Of a stretch of 28,348 nucleotides of DNA, positions 17,288 through 24,606 are shown piece after piece. This DNA comes from a virus (taxonomy: Duplodnaviria; Caudoviricetes). Every line of letters starts with the position of its first letter. The first letter of the stretch is position 1. A program made the translations under genes and the position numbers. The stretch spans positions 1 through 28,348 of IMG/VR virus record IMGVR_UViG_3300044878_000041. One strand, written 5' to 3'. The notes below the pieces were generated by a model. The model saw only the letters and a list, made by a program, of their open reading frames with translations. It did no database searches and was not told the origin of the DNA.

Positions 17288-18235
17288 TTGCCCGGCTTGA
17301 AGCACACAATGGCGGCCATCCCAGGAGGCCGCACCCGGAGGACTTACGGGACGGCCTTCTGGGACGGCACGTCCTGGCGGGCGAACATCGGCGGGAATCT
17401 GGTGACTTGCCGGTGGATGGACCCGGTTCAGCCGGTCCAGGGCGGCTGCCTCGTCGTGGACATCACCACGGATGAGCGCGGACAGGCAACGGCTCTGGTC
17501 GTCGGTTCGTACGCGGACCAGCCGCGGCCCTCGACCGGCAGCGTCCTCATCCCGGGCGTCTCGGAGATCCTCTTCACCGGGGAGGACGGGACGACGTACA
17601 CCACGGACCGGTTCATCGGCACCTACGCGATCGGCGACCCGGTCTACATCAGCTGGGACGGCGCGAGCCCCACCATCGTCGGGAAGATCCCGGCCGTCAA
17701 GGTCACCCCCAAGGCGAACACCCCGAAGCCCCCGGGCGGCGGAGACATCGCGGGCACGAAGCGGACACCGGCCACCCGGTCGGACACCTTCGACCCGGCA
17801 AACGGCTGGGGTGACTGGGGCTCCGCAGCGCTCGGCGGCGAGGACGTCTACGCCGGCCCACAGTCCGGTCACACCCTCACCGGGGCGTGGTTCTACGGAC
17901 TCGGCAACACCATACTCGCCGGGCGCACCATTGACGAGGTCCGGTTCAGGCTCCCGGGCCGCCTCGACGTCGGAGAGCCCGGCGCAGTCACGGTCCACCT
18001 CTACGCCCACACCCGCAGCAGCATCCCAGGCGGTGCGCTGACTGCTGCGGCTGGACCGTTCGACGTCACCGTCTCCGACGACGGCAAGCCCAGTTGGGTA
18101 GTCCTGCCGACGAGCTTCTACTCCATCCTCGCTGCCGGCGGCGGCATCTTCATCACGGCGGATGCCTATGTGGGCTTTCGGGGCCGCCTCCAAGACACCA
18201 ACTCCGGCAAGCTCGAATCTGATTGGACACGATAA
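17288..18235 (+). CDS. Minor tail protein
   Basis: AGGAGG then TTG. Two-domain protein with a Pro-rich linker and a GAWFYG motif. Confidence 0.75.
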   Translation: MPGLKHTMAAIPGGRTRRTYGTAFWDGTSWRANIGGNLVTCRWMDPVQPVQGGCLVVDITTDERGQATALVVGSYADQPRPSTGSVLIPGVSEILFTGEDGTTYTTDRFIGTYAIGDPVYISWDGASPTIVGKIPAVKVTPKANTPKPPGGGDIAGTKRTPATRSDTFDPANGWGDWGSAALGGEDVYAGPQSGHTLTGAWFYGLGNTILAGRTIDEVRFRLPGRLDVGEPGAVTVHLYAHTRSSIPGGALTAAAGPFDVTVSDDGKPSWVVLPTSFYSILAAGGGIFITADAYVGFRGRLQDTNSGKLESDWTR

Positions 18236-18864
18236 TGGGACAAAACCTCTACAACGGGGGCTGGGTGCCGACAAACTCTGACGCCTACGACCTGACCGCC
18301 GACCTGGCGAAGATCTGCCTGTCGCTGAACATCCCTATCCCGGTGGATGACCAGGCCGAGCGCGACGGGCTCGCCGCCCTTGCCGGCGGCACCTTGAAGG
18401 TCGGCACGATGGTGCTCCGCAAGGACCAGAGCCTCTTTGTTGAAAAGTGGGACGGCAGCAGCTGGAAAACGTCAGGCCATTCCGAGTGGTCCCGCTCCAA
18501 CCAGGTCGTCCCCACCGCCTCGCCGTGGGGGGCCGGGGCGCTCACCCAGGACTCATCTAAAACCACGGACACGGCGTTCGTAACTCACCCTGCGTCCGAC
18601 ACGCTGCGCTTCCGGGATGCAGGGAACTACGCCATCACATTCACTGCCACCGCAGAGGCGGCGATGACCGGGCGCTCGTTCGTGGAGATCCGCGCCGCCG
18701 GCGTCCCGCTGATCCGCACCGTGGTGACCGGCGAGGACCGCGGCGCGGCGATCATCCCCAACTACCGGGCAGCGGCCAACCAGGATCTGACCTTCGTCGT
18801 CTATCACAGCTCCGGCGTGAACCGGACCGTGGACTTCCGGATCCGCGTCACCCGCATCGGCTAA
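18235..18864 (+). CDS. Minor tail protein
   Basis: TAATG coupling at 18233-18237. V....ERD.L, G..V.R.D and WDGSSW N-domain followed by a beta-rich C-domain. Confidence 0.75.
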   Translation: MGQNLYNGGWVPTNSDAYDLTADLAKICLSLNIPIPVDDQAERDGLAALAGGTLKVGTMVLRKDQSLFVEKWDGSSWKTSGHSEWSRSNQVVPTASPWGAGALTQDSSKTTDTAFVTHPASDTLRFRDAGNYAITFTATAEAAMTGRSFVEIRAAGVPLIRTVVTGEDRGAAIIPNYRAAANQDLTFVVYHSSGVNRTVDFRIRVTRIG

Positions 18865-18882
18865 GACTCCCACCATTCCATC

Positions 18883-18909
18883 AGGGCGCCCGTGACGGTG
18901 CCCTTCTTT
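18883..18909 (+). terminator. Putative intrinsic terminator/attenuator before the tailspike module
   Basis: AGGGCGCC-CGTGAC-GGTGCCCT followed by TCTTT. Confidence 0.5.
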
Positions 18910-18930
18910 GCACCCAAGGAGACGCCGCAT

Positions 18931-21177
18931 ATGGCTATCGAAACAACCCCGCTCGGGTTCCAGAAGCCTGACGGGACGGACCCTCTCAACAACGGTGACA
19001 ATGTCATCTCCACGAACGCCCAGAAGGCCGAGGACCGGATCCAAGAGGACCGTGGCCGGCTGGCGAAGATCGAATCCGGGTACATCCCGGCGTGGAAAGC
19101 TGACACCGACTACACCGCCGGGGAGCGCGCCATTGCACCGAATGGCGATGTCGTATCCGCCAAGGTCAACTTCACTTCCGGCGCGAGCTATTCGGCGGCG
19201 AACTGGAACGCTTCAGCGCAGGACGGTCGCATCGGTGCCACCGAGACAAAGAACACGGCCCAGGACGGCCGCATGGACGGCATCGACGCGCGTCTGATAG
19301 CACCCCTGACCGGGCTCCGAAAGTCTCTGGGCAATGCCTCGTGGCTTGGGGACTTGGTCAGGGTGTTCCTCGGGCCGGGCTCGCGGGTCATCGGCGGGAT
19401 CACGGAGAAGAATCGCCTGCGCTTCTACAAGGGCTTCGAGTTTTCGGCCCGTGATGGCGTGTCGTACTCGTTGAGCCGGCGCATCTCCAGGGTGACGATT
19501 GACGTCAACCGCCGGCGGGCAGAGAACGAGATCGACCAGCGCGGCAACGTCCCCCAGTGGGTCCTGAATCGCTGGAAAGCGCGCATGGCCGGCGGGGCCA
19601 CAAGTACGTTCACCGTCAAGCCCGACGGCACCGGCACCCACCTGACGCCGATGGCCGCCAACGCAGCCTTCACCGAAGGCATCGGCAACACCTGCCTGAT
19701 CATCGTCTACCCTGGCGTCTACACGGACACGGAGTGGACTGTGAAGGAAGGCGTGACGATTCGCGGCACCGACCGGGATAAGTGCATCCTGCGCGGCTCC
19801 AACGTGGACTCCGCGACGGACGCCGTCATAGACAACACGTCCACGGTCTGGTTGCAGAAGACGGCCCGGCTGGAGAACCTGACGATCACCATGCGTAATG
19901 GCAGATACCCAGTCCACGCGGAGGCGTTCGGCGGGGCACCTGACGCCCGGCACGACATCGTGAACTGCCGCCTCGAACACTTCGGCAACGATGATGCGAA
20001 GGCGTGGCGTGACGCCAACCCCGGATCCGGCCTGTTGTCTTCGACCGTGTGGGCCTCTGACCGGGCGTGGGGCTACGGCTCCAGCTCGGGCATCTACCAG
20101 CGCTTCGAGAATGTGACGTTCGTGTCGCGCATCGATGGCTGGTATGTCCACGACAACGCGGACTTTGCGAAGCCGATCAGCCACGACCTAATCAACTGCC
20201 GCATCCTGACGCGCTCCACGGACGGGCAGATCCTCATCCAGCCGCTCGGCGGCGGGCAGTCAAGCCGCGTCAACATCAACGGTTCCGAGGTGAACGTCAA
20301 CCGGGTCCGCGAAACGGACACCGGATGGGCGACCACCCTGCCAAACCAACCCGCCGACCGCTCCCAGATCCGCGTCACGGTCACCGGCACGGCGCCCATC
20401 GGCTTCACGACAGGCGTGCGCGGGAAGGCTCTGCGCATCGAATCCGCGTCCACCGGGGCAGTCTCCACCGTCCGGGTATCCGGCACCGCTGCGCAGGCCC
20501 TGTTCGGCGTCTCCACGGAGCGCGACGGCGGCGGCGGACTCAAGGGCTACGCCTTCGGGCAGTTCGACATCTCCGGGCTGCTCGTGGGGCAGCTGAACAA
20601 CACGACGGTCAACAACACCATCGGGCGCCGACTCGGGAACCTGACCGCGGGCAGTCTCACGCTCACCGTCACCATCGACGGCGGGGCGCCCGTGAACATC
20701 GTGCTCAATGCCGACTACACGGCCATGACCAACACGGACATCCTTACTGTCATCAACACGGCGCTCGGCTCCGCAGGCACGGCCAGCGAGTACGCGGTCG
20801 CGCAGGGCGAGAACTACCCGTCCTTCCCCGACCGGCAGATGACGATGACCAACACCGGCGCCGTCGGTATCGGACGCTTCCAGGCAGTCGCCAAGGACGC
20901 GGCCGGCGGGTCCAAGATCATGGGCACCGCATCACCCGTCACGGACTTTATCGGTATCGCGCTTGAGGCGATCCCGCCCGGCAAGCAGGGCCGCATCCTC
21001 CGCTCCGGAACCATGCAGTCCACCGACCAGGTCCCCGGCCTCGAAGGCGTCACCATCGCCGCAGGAGCCGCCGTCTACCACTCAGACACCGTCGCGGGGA
21101 AGTTCGCAACAACAGGCACCCGCCAGGCAATGACCGGCCACATTAGCGGATTCGCACGATTCAACGGAGGCAACTAA
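18931..21177 (+). CDS. Tailspike / receptor-binding protein with pectin-lyase-like beta-helix (putative depolymerase)
   Basis: AAGGAG then ATG at 18931. N-terminal anchor (TPLGFQKPDG...GDNVI), an AW...T.Y.AG module, and a pectinesterase-like entry TVKPDGTG...IIVYPGVY...VTIRG followed by LENLTI, IVNCRL and FENVTF repeats. Confidence 0.75.
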   Translation: MAIETTPLGFQKPDGTDPLNNGDNVISTNAQKAEDRIQEDRGRLAKIESGYIPAWKADTDYTAGERAIAPNGDVVSAKVNFTSGASYSAANWNASAQDGRIGATETKNTAQDGRMDGIDARLIAPLTGLRKSLGNASWLGDLVRVFLGPGSRVIGGITEKNRLRFYKGFEFSARDGVSYSLSRRISRVTIDVNRRRAENEIDQRGNVPQWVLNRWKARMAGGATSTFTVKPDGTGTHLTPMAANAAFTEGIGNTCLIIVYPGVYTDTEWTVKEGVTIRGTDRDKCILRGSNVDSATDAVIDNTSTVWLQKTARLENLTITMRNGRYPVHAEAFGGAPDARHDIVNCRLEHFGNDDAKAWRDANPGSGLLSSTVWASDRAWGYGSSSGIYQRFENVTFVSRIDGWYVHDNADFAKPISHDLINCRILTRSTDGQILIQPLGGGQSSRVNINGSEVNVNRVRETDTGWATTLPNQPADRSQIRVTVTGTAPIGFTTGVRGKALRIESASTGAVSTVRVSGTAAQALFGVSTERDGGGGLKGYAFGQFDISGLLVGQLNNTTVNNTIGRRLGNLTAGSLTLTVTIDGGAPVNIVLNADYTAMTNTDILTVINTALGSAGTASEYAVAQGENYPSFPDRQMTMTNTGAVGIGRFQAVAKDAAGGSKIMGTASPVTDFIGIALEAIPPGKQGRILRSGTMQSTDQVPGLEGVTIAAGAAVYHSDTVAGKFATTGTRQAMTGHISGFARFNGGN

Positions 21178-21849
21178 ATGGCGATCGTAGACAACGTCTA
21201 CAGCAACTTTGACAGCACCCTGCCGGCCTACATCCCGGACTTCACCACGGCAACCCCGACGTTCCGGTACGCCGGGGATCAGCTCATTCCGGGCCCGGTC
21301 AGTGTGTGGACGGATGAGGAGTTTGGCGAGTCGCTGGTGCAGGCCACGTCCTCGGCCCAGCCCGTCGCGACACTGGACGGCCAGCACGTCAAGGCAGTCT
21401 TCGATGGTGCGGCGGACTTCCTCGCCAGGTCCCTGACCGCCTCGGCGCCGCTGACCATCTACGGCGTGTTCCAGGTGGCGACCATCCCGGCGTCCCTCCA
21501 GGTCATCCTGAACTTCGGCATCGGCAATGTCTGTGTCGATTCCGGGAAGCTCCGGGTAGGGGCGACCGCCACCAACGCGCTGAGCAGCAACCCCATTGTC
21601 GCCGGGAACAGGCACGTGTTCGGTATCAACTTCACGAGCGCGACGGCCGGCACGATCAACCTTGACGGGGTGAAAACGCCCTTCACCCTGACCGGAGACG
21701 GGTTCAGCGCAACCCTTCTGCAGGTTGCCCGCAACACGTCGCTCTACTTCGCAGGGTCCGTCTACGACGTCTCCGTGTTCCCGACCGCCCACACGGACGC
21801 CCAGGTGTCCGCGAACGTGGCGGCGCTGGCCGACTACTACGCGGTTTAG
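21178..21849 (+). CDS. LamG/ConA-like jelly-roll virion protein
   Basis: GGAGG SD, abutting the tailspike gene. VS.W.D...L.Q...QP......FDG..DFL, F.G...D..VF and L.DYY pattern. Confidence 0.65.
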   Translation: MAIVDNVYSNFDSTLPAYIPDFTTATPTFRYAGDQLIPGPVSVWTDEEFGESLVQATSSAQPVATLDGQHVKAVFDGAADFLARSLTASAPLTIYGVFQVATIPASLQVILNFGIGNVCVDSGKLRVGATATNALSSNPIVAGNRHVFGINFTSATAGTINLDGVKTPFTLTGDGFSATLLQVARNTSLYFAGSVYDVSVFPTAHTDAQVSANVAALADYYAV

Positions 21850-21850
21850 C

Positions 21851-22513
21851 TCAGGTCCTGACGGCGTACTCTTCGGGGATGTCGTGATAGTCGGTGGTGC
21901 GGGACCAGTTCACATTGGACCGGAGCGGGCGGGCGGGGACCCCGGCGTAGACGGTCCGGGGCTCCGCCTTCCCGCTAAGGACTGATGCATGGGCTAGAAC
22001 CATGCCGGAACCGAGAACGGCGCCCTTATTCACCCGGGCGCCGTTCCCGATCCACACATGGTCCTCAACGACAACGGGCTTTGCTGTGTTGATAGGTTCA
22101 CCTGACGTGGCATCGAAAATGCCGTGACCGTCAGAGGTGCGCACCATGATGTCGTGCGAAAACATGCAGTCCCGCCCGATGGTTATAGATTCGCCGTCTT
22201 CCGCGATGATCTGACCACTCTCCCAAGTGGTGTCGTCACCGATTGACACGGACGAACCGTCACCGGCAACGGAGAGAGTGCCCTGTTTTAATCGGACGTT
22301 ACGCCCGATCACGACGTGCAGGTTCCGGCCCTCCACGAAGATCTTGGCCCTTTTCAGCACCGCACCGTCCCGAATTTCGAGCGTGTTGCCGGTACCGCGG
22401 ATCCGCCATACGACATTCGGGTCAAAGGTCACACCGGAACCGATGGTCACGCTGTGGAGTTTCCCCTCAACGAGGCTCCGCTGCGGCATCAGCGGGAAGT
22501 CCAAGGCACTCAT
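21851..22513 (-). CDS. Left-handed beta-helix O-acetyltransferase, NeuO/OatWY-like
   Basis: Hexapeptide repeats. TIGRDCMFSHDIMVRTSDGHGIFD, DHVWIG and AGVPAR..R.N..W.R match my recollection of the polysialic-acid O-acetyltransferase subfamily, including the His and Trp positions. Confidence 0.85.
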   Translation of the reverse strand: MSALDFPLMPQRSLVEGKLHSVTIGSGVTFDPNVVWRIRGTGNTLEIRDGAVLKRAKIFVEGRNLHVVIGRNVRLKQGTLSVAGDGSSVSIGDDTTWESGQIIAEDGESITIGRDCMFSHDIMVRTSDGHGIFDATSGEPINTAKPVVVEDHVWIGNGARVNKGAVLGSGMVLAHASVLSGKAEPRTVYAGVPARPLRSNVNWSRTTDYHDIPEEYAVRT

Positions 22514-22656
22514 TCAGCGACTGCTTCAGCCGCCGTGAAGTGAGGGTGGCCCGTGGTCTCCGTGTGCAGGTACTTCTGCGACTGGTGGTCTTCTTCGCCG
22601 TCGGCGTTGGACGTCTCCCAGCCGCAGTCGCCGCACACCCAAGTCAGTTCGTTCAT
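22510..22656 (-). CDS. 48-aa C2H2-like zinc-finger microprotein (absent from the ORF track)
   Basis: MNELTWVCGDCGWETSNADGEEDHQSQKYLHTETTGHPHFTAAEAVAE. GGGGG SD lies 7 nt upstream, and its stop overlaps the acetyltransferase start (ATGA). Confidence 0.7.
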   Translation of the reverse strand: MNELTWVCGDCGWETSNADGEEDHQSQKYLHTETTGHPHFTAAEAVAE

Positions 22657-22680
22657 TTTTCTGCCCCCAATTAGGGGGTA

Positions 22681-22686
22681 AGTCTA
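22681..22686 (-). promoter_or_regulatory. Putative -10 (TAGACT) for the minus-strand two-gene moron
   Basis: TAnnnT hexamer about 25 nt upstream of the microprotein ATG, in an AT-richer divergent gap. No clear -35. Confidence 0.45.
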
Positions 22687-22751
22687 ACCGCAAATTCGCG
22701 TGACCTCGGACCAAACCCCGGGGCCACATCTCTGCCGCCCGGGAGGCACAC

Positions 22752-23168
22752 ATGCATGATGCCCTACACCGGCTCTGGCTCCGCATTCAGGAGCCAAGAG
22801 CACTCTCCGTGATCTACTTCTTCGTCTATCTCGCTGTCGGCGTCATGGGCCTATCGGTGATCCTTGACCCGCCCCACACGATCCAGTCCTCCATCGGGCA
22901 GACCCTCGTGGCGTGCTGGGCCGGGATGCTCGTCGTCGGCGGCGGCCTCGGCACCACAACAGTCCTGCAAGGCGTCTGGTGGCTCGAGCGGGCCGGGGCA
23001 ATCCTCTGCATGTTCGCCATGGGCATCTACGGCGCCGCCATCCTCGGCACACCCGTCACCCAGGTCAGCCTCCGCATCGCCACCACCTGTTTCGTCGCCT
23101 TCGCCATCCTCGCCTTCGCCGCCCGCCTTGTGAAGACCCGGCATTACGCCTACGACCCAGAAAAGTAG
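22752..23168 (+). CDS. Four-TM membrane protein of the lysis cassette (holin-like)
   Basis: GGAGG SD. Four hydrophobic segments, upstream of the endolysin. Confidence 0.65.
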   Translation: MHDALHRLWLRIQEPRALSVIYFFVYLAVGVMGLSVILDPPHTIQSSIGQTLVACWAGMLVVGGGLGTTTVLQGVWWLERAGAILCMFAMGIYGAAILGTPVTQVSLRIATTCFVAFAILAFAARLVKTRHYAYDPEK

Positions 23169-23175
23169 GTACTCC

Positions 23176-23508
23176 GTGGAATCCACGCAACTCGTCGCCG
23201 CCATCCTCGGCTCCGCCGGCGTCAGCGCATTCCTCGTCGCCGTCGTCAACGGGGCCGTGAAGTTCTTCAACGGCACCGCGGGCCGGGAACGCATCCGCAA
23301 CATCAGCCTCAAGGACCAGCGGAACGAGGCGTGGGCCGACGCGGAACGGGAACGGGAACGCGCTGACATCGAGGCCTACAACCGGAGGCTCACCGAGGAA
23401 TACGCCTCCCAACTCCGACGCGACTGCACCGAACACGGCGTGCAGATGCAGGAGCTCCGACCCTGGCCGACGCTCAAAAAACCACCCAACGAACAGGAAA
23501 AGCCGTGA
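23176..23508 (+). CDS. Single-TM plus coiled-coil lysis cassette protein
   Basis: N-terminal hydrophobic helix, then a charged helical region. GTGA overlap with the endolysin. Confidence 0.65.
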   Translation: MESTQLVAAILGSAGVSAFLVAVVNGAVKFFNGTAGRERIRNISLKDQRNEAWADAERERERADIEAYNRRLTEEYASQLRRDCTEHGVQMQELRPWPTLKKPPNEQEKP

Positions 23509-24347
23509 TCCAGTTAGTCCGGCCCCACCGCGGGCCCATCACCCAGCTCTACGGCAACATCCAGCCGGACGGCATGAAGCACACCGGCAACGACTACGGC
23601 TACACCGGCGACGGCCAGGTCTTCCCGGAGGTGTTCGCCGCCGCTGCAGGCGTGGTCCTGTACGCGGGCGACTCGCGGGCGCTCGGTTGGCCGAACGCGT
23701 GGTACTTCAATCCGGACTTTGACCGGTCCGACGCGGTGGACAGTTCGGCGGGCAACGTCCTTGTCCTGGGTCACGTCCAGAACGGCGTCCAGTTCGTCAC
23801 GACCAACAGCCACCTCGAATCATGGCTGGTCAGGTCGGGCGACACCGTGGCCGCCGGCCAGCACGTCGCGACGACGGGCACTACCGGACGCTCCACCGGC
23901 AAGCACCTTCACTTCGAGCTGCTGTTCAAGCCGCTCATGTTCAACACGGCCACCTACGGCCGGAGCGACCCCAACCCCTACATCATCGAGGGCCTTGCAG
24001 GCCAGGGCACCATCACACAACAGGAGGACGACGAAATGGCCGAGCTCTTTGGCACCGTGGAAGCATTCCGTGACCGGGTGGTGGAGTCCGTGTTCGACGC
24101 ACGGTTCGACACCCGCGACGAGAACAACAAGGTCACCGGCACCATCAGCCTGCGCGACATGCTGACCTATTACCCGGCCAACGTGGCCCTGGACCGCAAG
24201 CAGGTCCGGGAAGGGCTCGCAGCGTCGGTGAAGTCCATCGTGGCCGCCGTCAAGGCAGGGCAGACAGTCGATCCGGACGCCGTGGCCGCGCAGATCGCCG
24301 ACAAGCTGGACGGCATCACTTTCTCCGTCGCGCGTAAGGCTGACTGA
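23505..24347 (+). CDS. Endolysin, M23 peptidase
   Basis: ITQ.YG, HTGNDY, SHL, V..GD.V.AGQ and STGKHLHFE motifs. Flanked by membrane genes. Confidence 0.9.
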   Translation: MIQLVRPHRGPITQLYGNIQPDGMKHTGNDYGYTGDGQVFPEVFAAAAGVVLYAGDSRALGWPNAWYFNPDFDRSDAVDSSAGNVLVLGHVQNGVQFVTTNSHLESWLVRSGDTVAAGQHVATTGTTGRSTGKHLHFELLFKPLMFNTATYGRSDPNPYIIEGLAGQGTITQQEDDEMAELFGTVEAFRDRVVESVFDARFDTRDENNKVTGTISLRDMLTYYPANVALDRKQVREGLAASVKSIVAAVKAGQTVDPDAVAAQIADKLDGITFSVARKAD

Positions 24348-24604
24348 TGGGCGACCACGAAGCTCCTGTGAGCACACAGACCCGCTACCCGTGGCGGGCG
24401 ACCATCCGTACCGCGTTCGCGTTCCTGATCGGTCTCGCCGCCGCGTGGGCCCTGATCATCCAGGCCGCCGGCATCGACCCGGGACTCGAATGGGCGTCGA
24501 CATCGTTGGCCATCGCGGCCGGCATCACCCGCGTCATGGCCCTCCCCGCGGTGGATGATCTGATCCGCCGCTTCGCCCCGTTCCTCGCCCCTGACAAGGA
24601 GTAA
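24347..24604 (+). CDS. Holin (2 TM)
   Basis: TGATG coupling to the endolysin. STQ...PWRAT.RT and ITRVMA.P.V motifs with two hydrophobic helices. Confidence 0.75.
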   Translation: MGDHEAPVSTQTRYPWRATIRTAFAFLIGLAAAWALIIQAAGIDPGLEWASTSLAIAAGITRVMALPAVDDLIRRFAPFLAPDKE

Positions 24605-24606
24605 CC

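Noticed and set aside
22525-22531. Phase-variable tandem repeat like the one at the 5' end of E. coli neuO
   Set aside because: Only TTCAGC twice (22513-22518 and 22525-22530) and short C/G runs nearby. There is no true repeat tract.
22526-22786. 86-aa minus-strand ORF upstream of the acetyltransferase
   Set aside because: Arg-rich, overlaps the lysis gene start and lacks an SD. The 48-aa ORF in another frame has an SD, coupling and a metal motif.
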